A stretch of 32,000 bases of DNA from Ktedonobacterales bacterium (GTDB taxonomy: Bacteria; Chloroflexota; Ktedonobacteria; Ktedonobacterales; JADMIN01). Below the pieces are notes generated by a model, which saw only the letters and a program-made list of their open reading frames with translations, was not told the DNA's origin and searched no databases. The translations under genes were made by a program, and so were the position numbers. The stretch spans positions 690,001-722,000 of the forward strand of contig CP126532.1 in assembly GCA_030167145.1 (NCBI GenBank), written 5' to 3'. Shown one piece after another: positions 15,971 to 24,813 of this stretch; the first letter of the stretch is position 1; each line of letters opens with the position of its first letter.

Positions 15971-18382
15971 CTAATGCACATTGAAGTAGGCCGCGAGCAG
16001 CGTTCTGCCGATGGGCGCGGCGTTGGTGGCACCGAAGCCCGCATACTGCGTCTCGATGCATACGGCGATGGTGGGCGTTACCGGTGGACCGGAGAGCGGC
16101 GAGGCGGGCGCGTAGGCAGTGAACCAGGCGTGCGGCAGGTTGCCGTTGCCGGATTCCGCTGAGCCGGTTTTGCCGCCGACGAGAATCGGAAAGTTCTTGA
16201 AGACATAGTACGACGTGCCTGCGGGGTCGTTGATCGCGGCGACCATCGCACCCTGGATGGCGCTGAGGGTATCCGCTGACATAGGCAGCGTGCTCACCTG
16301 CTTGGCGGGGAACGTAATCAGCGGCGAGCCGTTGGCGTTGACCACTGTGTTGACCAGGCGTGGCTGCATGCGGATGCCGTTGTTGCCGAGCGCGGCGGTC
16401 ATCACCGCCACCTGCGCCGGAGTCGCCAGGAAGTAGCCCTGCCCCACGCCCAGGTCTGCGGCATAGGAGGCGTTCCACTGCTTGCCCTGGCTCTGCACCC
16501 ACTGCGGATCGGGCACGAATCCGGGGTCTTCCGCGCCAGTGGGCAGGCCGATCATGCCCGTCGCGCTGCCGAAGCCCATCGCCTTCGCCATCGCCGGGAT
16601 GGCGTTAGGATTCTTGCTATTCACCAGAATCGCCACCTGCCAGAAGATCACGTCGCAGGAGGGCGGCAATGCACCCTCCACCGTGAGCGTGCCGTGGCCG
16701 TTGGGGTTGTCGTCGTTGCGGATGATGCTCTCGCCCGGCACCTGATATTTACCATTGCAGGTGAAAAGCTGCGAGGTGGTGACGCCGTTTTCCAGGCCCG
16801 TCGCCATCGTCACTAGCTTGAAGACCGAGCCAATCGGCTCAGGCGCGGCAATGGCGCGATTCAGATAGGGATGGTCCATCGCGTTGAGCCGCGCCAACTC
16901 GTTCTGCGTGAAGCCGAGCGAGAAATCATTTGGGTCGTAGATGGGGTAGCTCGCCAGCACCTGCACTTCGCCGGTCGCCGGATTCACCGCCACCGCGCCG
17001 CTGCCCTTGCCCTTGCCGGAATCCACCTGCGTCTTCATCGCCGCCATCGTCGCATGCTGATTGCTCAGTGAGATGGTGGTATGCACATCCGCGCCGTTCA
17101 CCGCCGCGCGCTCAGCAATCGAATAGACCGGAGAATAGCTGAAGCCGTCGGCGTTCAGCGCGGCAATCGCCAGCTTGCCGCCCTTGAGTGGCCGCAGGTA
17201 TTGCTCGCCCCACTGCTCCACGCCCGCGCAGCCGACGATGTCGCCATCCTCGTAATAGTCGGTCGAGTTGTCCGCCTGGCAGCTTGACGAGATCTGCGAG
17301 ATGTAGCCCGTGACCGCCGCCGTGACTGAGCCATAGGGATAGACACGCCCGGTAGCCTGCTGCGCGCTGACGCCCGCAACCGCATTGAGCGCCTGCCCCA
17401 CCTGCTGGTACAGCATCGGCGTGATGGTGCGAATCAGCACGCTGTCGGTCGGCTTGGCCCCCTGATACTTCGCCTGAATCTCGGCGGTCGTCATGTCCAG
17501 ATTCTTGCTCAGCACGTTCAGCAGCGTCTTCTCGTCTGTGATCTGCCCCGGCACGACATCTATCTGATACACCGTCTCGTCTTTGGCGAGCACGTTGCCG
17601 TCGCGGTCGTAGATCGTGCCGCGTAGTGCGTTCTGTGGGAACATGCGGACGACGCGCGCATAGGTTGGGTCATAGGTTGGGTCATCCAACTGCGCGAAGA
17701 TCAGGCCGGGTGACCAGTTGACGCGCCACTGCCCCTTTTCCTGCACCAGCGTGATGGTGATGTCCTGGGTGAAGCTGCCGACACGCGCGCTATTCATCAC
17801 GACGCGCACCGGCATAGACGCCGTCGTGCCGCTACTTTGCGTCACGCTGCCGGGGGTGGCGCTCATGCTATCAATGCGCGCCTCCGCCAGAATGGATTGC
17901 GTGCGGTTGACGATATAGTCGTGCGCGTCTTTGTATGCGCCGCGCAGAATCGCCGGATCGCTGAACCGCTGGTGGCTGGCGTTCGAGGTGAGCGCGTACA
18001 TCGCCTCGTACTTGCCGCCGGTATAGGCGAGCAGATAATCATCGGCGACCTGGCAGGGCGTGCCGGTTTCGCAGCCGGGGCGTGTAGAGGTGCTGGGCGT
18101 GGAGGGACGCGACCGCAGCGCGAAGGTCAGCCCGCCAGCAATCACCGCCGCGACGAGCAACAGGCTCAGCGCCACCACGGCGGGATTCCGCTTGCGCCCG
18201 GCGGGACTGGGCAGCGGCGCGGGCGGTGGCAGCGCGGAGGGGCGCAGTTCCGGTGGCAACTCTTGCGTGGGCGGCTCGTCACTGGCGACGTACTCGCCTG
18301 ACCCCGACTCGCCCATGTCCGCATGTTTCCGCTGCTCATCCGATGGCGATAGTTGATCCGCCCCTTGGTTGTCTGCACTCAT
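15971..18382 (-). CDS. Class B penicillin-binding protein (peptidoglycan transpeptidase) with N-terminal TM anchor and NTF2-like (MecA_N-type) domain
   Basis: SxxK motif (GSVFKLVT), KTG motif (GGKTGSAE), and an S-x-D/N candidate (PPSCD). One TM segment (VVALSLLLVAAVIAGGLTFAL) follows an acidic/Pro-rich cytoplasmic tail. ATG 18382 has AGAGGAG 7 nt upstream. Confidence 0.88.
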   Translation of the reverse strand: MSADNQGADQLSPSDEQRKHADMGESGSGEYVASDEPPTQELPPELRPSALPPPAPLPSPAGRKRNPAVVALSLLLVAAVIAGGLTFALRSRPSTPSTSTRPGCETGTPCQVADDYLLAYTGGKYEAMYALTSNASHQRFSDPAILRGAYKDAHDYIVNRTQSILAEARIDSMSATPGSVTQSSGTTASMPVRVVMNSARVGSFTQDITITLVQEKGQWRVNWSPGLIFAQLDDPTYDPTYARVVRMFPQNALRGTIYDRDGNVLAKDETVYQIDVVPGQITDEKTLLNVLSKNLDMTTAEIQAKYQGAKPTDSVLIRTITPMLYQQVGQALNAVAGVSAQQATGRVYPYGSVTAAVTGYISQISSSCQADNSTDYYEDGDIVGCAGVEQWGEQYLRPLKGGKLAIAALNADGFSYSPVYSIAERAAVNGADVHTTISLSNQHATMAAMKTQVDSGKGKGSGAVAVNPATGEVQVLASYPIYDPNDFSLGFTQNELARLNAMDHPYLNRAIAAPEPIGSVFKLVTMATGLENGVTTSQLFTCNGKYQVPGESIIRNDDNPNGHGTLTVEGALPPSCDVIFWQVAILVNSKNPNAIPAMAKAMGFGSATGMIGLPTGAEDPGFVPDPQWVQSQGKQWNASYAADLGVGQGYFLATPAQVAVMTAALGNNGIRMQPRLVNTVVNANGSPLITFPAKQVSTLPMSADTLSAIQGAMVAAINDPAGTSYYVFKNFPILVGGKTGSAESGNGNLPHAWFTAYAPASPLSGPPVTPTIAVCIETQYAGFGATNAAPIGRTLLAAYFNVH

Positions 18383-18494
18383 CGTGCCACTCCTCTGCTA
18401 CATCCAGCCCAGCGCTATTGTACACCGCGCCGCCAAGAAGCGCAGTGGCGCGCGTCACACCGCCGTCCATTTCTCTCATTCCGCACATTGTCTC

Positions 18495-18524
18495 TTGGCG
18501 CGATAGGCAGAGGTATGCTACACT
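18495..18524 (+). promoter_or_regulatory. Candidate promoter TTGGCG-18-TACACT (with TGn extended -10) for the 18577 gene
   Basis: TTGGCG at 18495-18500, an 18-nt spacer ending in TGC, and TACACT at 18519-18524. It lies about 50 nt upstream of ATG 18577. Confidence 0.4.
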
Positions 18525-18576
18525 CACGCAGTTAGGCGGGTGTGCGTGGTGATTGGTTGAGAGGGACGTGAGAGCT

Positions 18577-19941
18577 ATGGGCAAGCGGCAGACACGGCAG
18601 ATTCGCTGGATGGCGCGCGGGCTGACGGGCGCGGGCGCGGCGCTGCTGGTGATCGGGGCGCTGCTGGGGTGGGTCGCGCCACTCGTGCGCGCGGCGCAGG
18701 CGCCGTGGCTGCCGGTAGCGCTGCTGGCCGACTTGCGCGCACCCCTCGCCAGCGCCAATGTGGATGTCAGTGGCTTTCTGGGCGCGGATATCACCGCGCT
18801 GGCGGTGATCATCGCCGTAGTTATCGGCTTCAACGCCACCACGCTGCAAATTGCCGGGCAGACGCATTCGCTCTCGCTGGTGCGCGCGCTGCTCTGGTCG
18901 CTGACGCCCTTCTTCCTCTGCTGGAGCCTTACCACCGCCGTCGCGCTGGTCTATTTCCTGCAGCCGCCGACCTATGTGGCGCAGTTCTGGCAGGTGCTGG
19001 TCTGGTTCGGCGCGGTGGTGCTGCTGATGATCGGCTACGTCTGGGAACTGCCCTGGCGCGTGTCGGGCGAGTACGCTGGCTCATGGTCCATTCGCAGCCT
19101 GCGCGGGCAGCCCATCGCCCGCTGGGAGAACCTGGACGGCTACTGGACACTGCAAACGGCGGTCGCCGCCGCCAGCGCGCGTGGCGACCTGGGCACCGTC
19201 GCCACCATCTCGCGGCTGCTCGGCCGTTTCCTCGCGGCGGTGCGCGATAGCAAAGCCGAACTGGAGAATACGTACAACCGTGGCCGCTACCGCGCACTGA
19301 AGAATCTGCTCAGTGGCTGCGCGCAGAACGCCGCATCCGCGCCAAATGCGGTCGCCTATCACCTGGGTATGGTGCAGGCGGGCATCCTGTTGCAGGCAGT
19401 GGCGCTGGGCATCCCGCTGGATGACCCGGAGCATGATTTCTACTCCGGCCTTTTCCGCGCGGTGCGCCCCGTTCCTGACCGCTTCAATCCGCTCTTCACT
19501 GGGCTACGCCATGCCATCTGCCGTGGCACGGACGGCATGCCGTATCTCGTCGAGTTCTGGCTGGCGCGCCCGAAATGGACCGTAGACGATCCGCGCCGTG
19601 CAGCGAAGATCGGCGATGCGCTGGCTCGCGCGCAGGCGGCATGCTGGCGCGAATTGCGCGCGTCGGTCTCGCCGGGCGAGGCCGACGCCGAGGCGACGGA
19701 GATGCTCGTAGACCTCTATCGCGACATCGCCACCCATCTCGCGCCGGTCGTAGCACGCGAGCGGCGACGGCTGAATGGCGCACGCCCCGGAACGCTCGTG
19801 CTGGGCATCCTGGATACCGCCCACACGGCGGCGCTGCGTCTGTGGCCCGCGAATGTCGCCGAGGAGCGGCGTGTCGCGGTGGTCAACGCCTACGAAGTCC
19901 GCCACAAGGAACTGCTGCTGCTCTTCAAGGAACTGCGCTAG
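18577..19941 (+). CDS. Hypothetical membrane protein (about 4 N-terminal TM helices plus a helical soluble domain; DUF2254-like topology)
   Basis: I prefer ATG 18577 (GAGAGGGA upstream) over the TTG at 18553. The TM pattern and the segment AVIIAVVIGFNATTLQIAGQTHSLSLVRALL loosely resemble DUF2254 proteins. The family call is weak. Confidence 0.6.
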   Translation: MGKRQTRQIRWMARGLTGAGAALLVIGALLGWVAPLVRAAQAPWLPVALLADLRAPLASANVDVSGFLGADITALAVIIAVVIGFNATTLQIAGQTHSLSLVRALLWSLTPFFLCWSLTTAVALVYFLQPPTYVAQFWQVLVWFGAVVLLMIGYVWELPWRVSGEYAGSWSIRSLRGQPIARWENLDGYWTLQTAVAAASARGDLGTVATISRLLGRFLAAVRDSKAELENTYNRGRYRALKNLLSGCAQNAASAPNAVAYHLGMVQAGILLQAVALGIPLDDPEHDFYSGLFRAVRPVPDRFNPLFTGLRHAICRGTDGMPYLVEFWLARPKWTVDDPRRAAKIGDALARAQAACWRELRASVSPGEADAEATEMLVDLYRDIATHLAPVVARERRRLNGARPGTLVLGILDTAHTAALRLWPANVAEERRVAVVNAYEVRHKELLLLFKELR

Positions 19942-20027
19942 CGGGCGCGCTCCTCATTGACAATGCGAAACACAGGCGTTATGCTGGCGCGGGCAGTGGG
20001 CGAGCGTGTGGTGAAGGAGCGCGCGAC

Positions 20028-21830
20028 GTGACGAACTGGCAGGCGACCGTCACCGCCATGGAAACGCCCGTGGCGCAACTCGATAAGCCACTGAAAACCG
20101 TCTCGCGACCTTCTAAGGCACTCTTTGGAGTCCTCACCTTACTCTACCTCGGCTTCCTTATCATCGCATACAACTCGTTCTTGGATGCCTGGCAAACAAA
20201 TGACTGGGATTCCTTTAACGGCCTTGTATCTTTTGTGGTCCGAATGTTGGCATTGCTGCCACTTATCCTTGGCGTCCCGCTCAAACAATTGTTGGAGGGA
20301 AGCGACACGGTGCTGAAGGTCCGCCGGGCGGCGATTGCGGGCGATGATGCTCTCGCGCCACCGGCAGCGCAGCCTGACCCTGCCGTATCACAGGATGTTT
20401 TCGTTAGCCAGGATGATCTGCTCTATTTCCGCGGTCCTAGTGGTGGCAGACAGGCGGCTAGGCGTTTGGGTGCGGTCCTTTTCCTGATCATTGGGAGCCT
20501 TTTAGCGCTTTTTACCATGCTCATCGCGCTTGTCGCATGGCGAGATCCAATTGGATTGCTGAGCATTGCCATCTTTGGTGGACTAGCCATGTTCGCCCTT
20601 GTGCCGGGTTTCGTATTCCTGGCACACGGGCGCCAATCGCGCACTATGCATGTGCGCGCGGATGATGTAGGTCTGTGCTGGCGTCAGAGGCGACGGTGTG
20701 TGAGTATCACGTGGCAAGAACTTCAGGCATTCTCGACCGTTCACTATCGGCGGAACAAGGATGGCTTACACTACGACATTTACGCACTTGACGCCCCCGG
20801 TGCCGTGCTGGCGTGGCAACTGACTAAGACTTCGAGCGACGATGAACGCGCGGCGCACCGCTATCTCAGCACTATGATCGTGGCGCGCACATCGCTGCGC
20901 CTGCGCGACCTTACGGAGAGCATCGAGAAACTGGAACAGGAAGCCGTAGCGGCGCGCAAGGGTTCACGAAGCACGCGCCCAGAGCCACTACAATTCCCGC
21001 TGCCCACCGTACCAGCCACGGTGCCGCCGCTCCCTGAACCGCCGATCCCACATGCGCCCGTCGCTCGGAATCGTCCCAAGATCTCGCTCGGTTGCGCTGG
21101 CTCAGTGCTGCTGATGCTGCCCGCGCTGCTGCTCTTCCCGCTGGGCTGGGGCGCGCAGCAGTACGAGCCACACTACTACGCGGCACTCGTCCAGCGCGTG
21201 CATGCGGAGCAGCCGAAGTATCAGGATACTCTGACACGAGACAGTGGCGCCTGGTGGGTAACACAACCGCGAACCGACGATCCACGCAAGCTGATCTTCA
21301 GTGGCACAGGGTATCAACTCGGCGGTGGCCCATCATCTAAGTTCGTGGATTCTTCGCTCAGTGTGATCTACGGCGATGTTGCTACACAGGTCACCGTTCA
21401 AGAGATGGGTAGCGATCCCCAAAATGATGGCGCTGGCCTGGAGTTACGAGTCAGAGAACCACCAGTTACAGGCGCCTATCCTGATAAAATGGTCGCCTAT
21501 TATGTGACTACCGGAGGGATGTGGTTCCTTTGGAATTATCGCTACGTTGACGATAACGCCAATGATAATTGGGACCTCGTAGATTCGGGACACAGTTCCG
21601 CCATTCACACCGGTTCCAACACAACCAACCAGTTGCTGGTAATCGCACATGGTAGCCAGTTCATCCTCTACGCAAATGACACATTTCTGGCCACTGAAAC
21701 GGTGGATGGCGCGTCGGACAGCGGCTACATCGGCGTCTACTCGAACGACGCCGCGCTCACCGCGCGCTTCACGAATTTCGCGATCTATCCGCTGCCCTCG
21801 CTCGCGCCACCACTGCCGTGGGCATCGTGA
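20028..21830 (+). CDS. Hypothetical membrane protein: N-terminal TM pairs, membrane-flanked bPH-like segment, Pro-rich linker, TM, C-terminal concanavalin/LamG-like (DUF1080-like) domain
   Basis: GTG 20028 has AAGGAG (20014-20019) 8 nt upstream. The track ORF start at 19575 would overlap the previous gene by 367 nt, so I reject it. The C-terminal beta-rich pattern (GAGLELRV...YYVTTGGMWFLWNY...NQLLVIAHGSQFILYANDTF...GYIGVYSNDAALTARFTNFAIY) is lectin/glucanase-fold-like. Confidence 0.6.
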   Translation: MTNWQATVTAMETPVAQLDKPLKTVSRPSKALFGVLTLLYLGFLIIAYNSFLDAWQTNDWDSFNGLVSFVVRMLALLPLILGVPLKQLLEGSDTVLKVRRAAIAGDDALAPPAAQPDPAVSQDVFVSQDDLLYFRGPSGGRQAARRLGAVLFLIIGSLLALFTMLIALVAWRDPIGLLSIAIFGGLAMFALVPGFVFLAHGRQSRTMHVRADDVGLCWRQRRRCVSITWQELQAFSTVHYRRNKDGLHYDIYALDAPGAVLAWQLTKTSSDDERAAHRYLSTMIVARTSLRLRDLTESIEKLEQEAVAARKGSRSTRPEPLQFPLPTVPATVPPLPEPPIPHAPVARNRPKISLGCAGSVLLMLPALLLFPLGWGAQQYEPHYYAALVQRVHAEQPKYQDTLTRDSGAWWVTQPRTDDPRKLIFSGTGYQLGGGPSSKFVDSSLSVIYGDVATQVTVQEMGSDPQNDGAGLELRVREPPVTGAYPDKMVAYYVTTGGMWFLWNYRYVDDNANDNWDLVDSGHSSAIHTGSNTTNQLLVIAHGSQFILYANDTFLATETVDGASDSGYIGVYSNDAALTARFTNFAIYPLPSLAPPLPWAS

Positions 21831-21846
21831 CCGCAACCGGCGAGGC

Positions 21847-23019
21847 TCAGCGCGCGAGCGTAGCCAGATAGCCGTCATAGTTGCGGCGCATCTCGTCCAG
21901 GCTGTCGCCGCCGAACTTTTCCAGCCACGCGGCAGCCAGCACGATGGCAAGCATCGCTTCGCCGACGACGCCCGCCGCTGGCACGACGCAGACATCGCTG
22001 CGCTCGTAGCGGGTGGCTTCGATATTCTCGCCGGTGACGACATCCGCTGAGGGCAGCGGATGGGCCAGCGTGGGGATGGGCTTCACCGCGACGCGCACGG
22101 TGATCGCTTCGCCGTTGCTGATGCCCCCCTCGACGCCGCCCGCGTTATTGCTCAGATGATGCCAGCCGCGCTCCGCATCGTAGCGGACAACGTCGTGTAC
22201 CCGCGAGCCGGGCAGCGCCGCCAGCGCGAAGCCGCCGCCGATCTCCACACCCTTGGCCGATGGGATGCTGAGCATCGCCTGGCCGAGCCGCGCACTGAGT
22301 CGCTGGTCCCACTGGACGTAGCCGCCGAGGCCGATGGGCACACCCGTGGCGACGACCTCGAAGACGCCGCCGCAGGTGTCGCCGTCGCGCTTGCCCGCGA
22401 GGATGCGCTCGATCATGCGCGCGGTCAACTCTGCGTCGGCGCAGCGCATCTCCGAGGCTTCGACCCTCTCCCAAAACGCGGCATCGGCGGTGTTGACATC
22501 GGGCAGCGCGTTAGCGGGGTAGCCCACGTCGGCGACGGAGACGACATGGCTGTGGATGGCGACGCCGAACGCTCCCAGCAGTTGGCGGCAGAGCGCGCCC
22601 ACGGCGACCCGCGCGGCGGTCTCGCGCGAGCTGGCGCGCTCAATCACCTCGCGTACATCGCTCTGTCCGTATTTCAGCGCGCCAGGGAGATCGGCGTGGC
22701 CGGGGCGAACCCGCGTCACCGGCTCTGGCGGAGCGTCCACGGGATCGGGGGTCATGCGCTCCTGCCAGTTGGGCCAGTCGCGGTTTTCGATGCGCAGCGT
22801 GATCGGCGAGCCAAGCGTATGACCGTGGCGCACTCCGGAAAGCACCTGCGCTTCGTCGCGTTCGATCTTCATGCGCCCGCCGCGCCCATAGCCGCCCTGC
22901 CGCCGCCGCAACTGCTCGTCAATTATCTCTTTGCTGAACGGCAGTCCGGCAGGCAGACCCTCGACGATGGCGGTCAGGCTGGGGCCGTGCGATTCACCGG
23001 CGGTGAGAAAACGGAACAT
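21847..23019 (-). CDS. aroC: Chorismate synthase
   Basis: The N-terminus MFRFLTAGESHGPSLTAIVEGLPAGL is typical of AroC, and the RRQGGYGRGGRMKIE motif is present. I prefer the start at 23019 over the track start at 23058. Confidence 0.93.
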   Translation of the reverse strand: MFRFLTAGESHGPSLTAIVEGLPAGLPFSKEIIDEQLRRRQGGYGRGGRMKIERDEAQVLSGVRHGHTLGSPITLRIENRDWPNWQERMTPDPVDAPPEPVTRVRPGHADLPGALKYGQSDVREVIERASSRETAARVAVGALCRQLLGAFGVAIHSHVVSVADVGYPANALPDVNTADAAFWERVEASEMRCADAELTARMIERILAGKRDGDTCGGVFEVVATGVPIGLGGYVQWDQRLSARLGQAMLSIPSAKGVEIGGGFALAALPGSRVHDVVRYDAERGWHHLSNNAGGVEGGISNGEAITVRVAVKPIPTLAHPLPSADVVTGENIEATRYERSDVCVVPAAGVVGEAMLAIVLAAAWLEKFGGDSLDEMRRNYDGYLATLAR

Positions 23020-23127
23020 ACGTGAAGATACCTCGACGTGTTGAACGACGGCGCGCAATATGCAGTCAGCCCTCGTCTAAGGAGTGTAGCCGCGAAGCGA
23101 AAGGCCCCGCAAGTGCGGCTACGATGT

Positions 23128-23157
23128 TTGACCACTGCTACAGGTCTCTGGTATCAT
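23128..23157 (+). promoter_or_regulatory. Candidate promoter TTGACC-18-TATCAT
   Basis: TTGACC at 23128-23133, an 18-nt spacer, and TATCAT at 23152-23157. It lies about 85 nt upstream of ATG 23241. Confidence 0.45.
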
Positions 23158-23240
23158 GAGACGAAACGCCGCCGCGCATGGCATCGCGCGGGGAGGGCAA
23201 CGCACGAGCACGCAGCGCAACCGGGAGGGCAACGCGAGCA

Positions 23241-23723
23241 ATGGGGCATAATTTCAATCTCATCCAGTGGCTCTTCACCAGCCCAGCGGATGCGACAGGC
23301 GATCCCGTTCATCCTGAAAAGTTTCACTTCTATATTCAATGGCTGGTCTTCAATACCGCTTTGATTGCCGCCTGGTTCTACTATCAGGTGGAAGGGCGCA
23401 GGCGCTTTTTCTCCACCCACTACGTTCACCGGCGCATCCTCGATAAGATGCTGAATCAGCTTGCGATCTTCGCGGCGGTCGGCTATATCGTGCTCGCGTT
23501 CCGCTACGCCGCCACCAGTTCGCTGCTCGGCGACCGTTTCTGGCGCTACGGCTGGCTGGTGTGGGGGCTGGTGCTGGTGATCTACTGGGCGGTCTACTTC
23601 GTCCGCTCGTATCGTGACGATGTGGCGGGCTACCGCGAATATCTGACGCGCCAGCAATATGTCTCGCCGCCGAAGGCGAAGCAGGCGAAGCGCGCACGCG
23701 GCAAAGCGGCCAGCGTACGCTAA
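23241..23723 (+). CDS. Hypothetical small membrane protein (about 3 TM, Trp/Tyr-rich, basic C-terminal tail)
   Basis: I prefer ATG 23241 (GGGAGGG upstream) over 23178. Hydrophobic segments include FYIQWLVFNTALIAAWFYY, LAIFAAVGYIVLAF and WLVWGLVLVIYWAVYF. I recognise no family. Confidence 0.55.
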   Translation: MGHNFNLIQWLFTSPADATGDPVHPEKFHFYIQWLVFNTALIAAWFYYQVEGRRRFFSTHYVHRRILDKMLNQLAIFAAVGYIVLAFRYAATSSLLGDRFWRYGWLVWGLVLVIYWAVYFVRSYRDDVAGYREYLTRQQYVSPPKAKQAKRARGKAASVR

Positions 23724-23744
23724 CGCGGTTGCGTTTCATCTTGG

Positions 23745-23786
23745 TCGGACCGGCGCGAATTGATCACGCCGGTCCGATTTCTTTTT
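23745..23786 (+). terminator. Intrinsic terminator
   Basis: Perfect 11-bp stem, TCGGACCGGCG (23745-23755) with CGCCGGTCCGA (23767-23777), followed directly by TTTCTTTTT (23778-23786). It lies 22 nt after the stop at 23723. Confidence 0.8.
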
Positions 23787-23835
23787 GCTCCTCTGCCTGT
23801 GTACCTCATCGCGGATAACCTCGCGCTGTGTCGCG

Positions 23836-23864
23836 TTGACGCTTGCCGATGCTCAACCTATACT
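23836..23864 (+). promoter_or_regulatory. Promoter TTGACG-17-TATACT
   Basis: TTGACG at 23836-23841, an exactly 17-nt spacer, and TATACT at 23859-23864. It lies about 55 nt upstream of ATG 23920, which has AGAGGAG 9 nt upstream. Confidence 0.65.
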
Positions 23865-23919
23865 TGGAGGGCACACCCGCGACAGTGTGTTGCTTAGCGA
23901 TATAGAGGAGCGTTTCGGC

Positions 23920-24813
23920 ATGAGCGGCAAAGAAAAGAGACGGTGCGGACGCTGTGGCAAGGCATTCAAGCCAGCGAACGCAAAACAAGTCCTGTGCGCA
24001 GACTGTGAGGCCAAGGAGCGGCAGGCGCGCGCCGCAGCCAAAGTCGCGGTCGCAAAACCCACAAGCGCTGCTGCTCCCGCGCAGCAGCCGAAGATCGTGG
24101 GGCCAGGCGCGGGCATCCTCGTGCCGGGGATGGCGCCGCAGCCGACGGAACTGGGCAGCCATGCTCCCGCATCATCGCACGGCGCGACACACCCGCAGAG
24201 CGGCCACCAGCGCGAGCATGATGACCACCACGCCAGCCATCATACTAACCAGCCTACGGGGCATACGAGCCATAGTGGGCATGCTGCCACCGCCCACGAG
24301 AAGCCGGGCGCGGGAGCCAAGCCAGTACACGCCGTGAAGACGCCCACCGAGCCGAAGGCGCCGCGTGCGCCAAAGCCCCCGCCCACTCCTGTGATCCAAC
24401 TGACCGATGAACTGCGCGCGAAGATCGAGCAGCGCTACCTGGAACTGGCGCAGCCGGTGGAGTTCGATGGCATTCGCACGCAGATTGCGACAGAATTGAG
24501 CATCCCGAAGGCGCTGGTCAAAAAAGCCGTGCTGGAGCTACGCCAGCGCATGCAGATGCCGAGCTGGTGGGAGTTGCAAAGCTACGACGGCGGTGAGAGC
24601 GACCTCGAACGCATCCGCGCCGCATACCTTCCCCTCCTTCCGGTGCCTGATGTAGGCGCGCATAAGCAGATCGCCGAGACGCTGAGCCTCGATCCGCGCG
24701 TCGTTTATCAGGGTATCCGCAGACTGCGCGCGGAGATGCGCCTGCCGCAGTACAATCCGCCCGACGCGCACACCAGCGCCGACGGCAGTACGACCGAAGC
24801 AGGCGCAAGCTAG
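23920..24813 (+). CDS. Hypothetical protein: N-terminal 4-Cys zinc ribbon, His-rich low-complexity region, two tandem HTH-like repeats
   Basis: CxxC...CxxC (RCGRCGK...LCADC, 23944-24006). 13 His in about 46 residues (24160-24297). Two homologous segments of about 50 aa lie at 24400-24561 and 24598-24747. I reject the track start at 23785 in favour of the SD-preceded ATG 23920. Confidence 0.6.
   Translation: MSGKEKRRCGRCGKAFKPANAKQVLCADCEAKERQARAAAKVAVAKPTSAAAPAQQPKIVGPGAGILVPGMAPQPTELGSHAPASSHGATHPQSGHQREHDDHHASHHTNQPTGHTSHSGHAATAHEKPGAGAKPVHAVKTPTEPKAPRAPKPPPTPVIQLTDELRAKIEQRYLELAQPVEFDGIRTQIATELSIPKALVKKAVLELRQRMQMPSWWELQSYDGGESDLERIRAAYLPLLPVPDVGAHKQIAETLSLDPRVVYQGIRRLRAEMRLPQYNPPDAHTSADGSTTEAGAS

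Noticed and set aside
19575-20027. Upstream 151-codon extension of the 751-aa track ORF (start 19575)
   Set aside because: It would overlap the preceding well-supported gene by 367 nt in another frame, and it is Arg/Ala-rich junk sequence. A GTG with a perfect AAGGAG 8 nt upstream exists at 20028, after the upstream stop.
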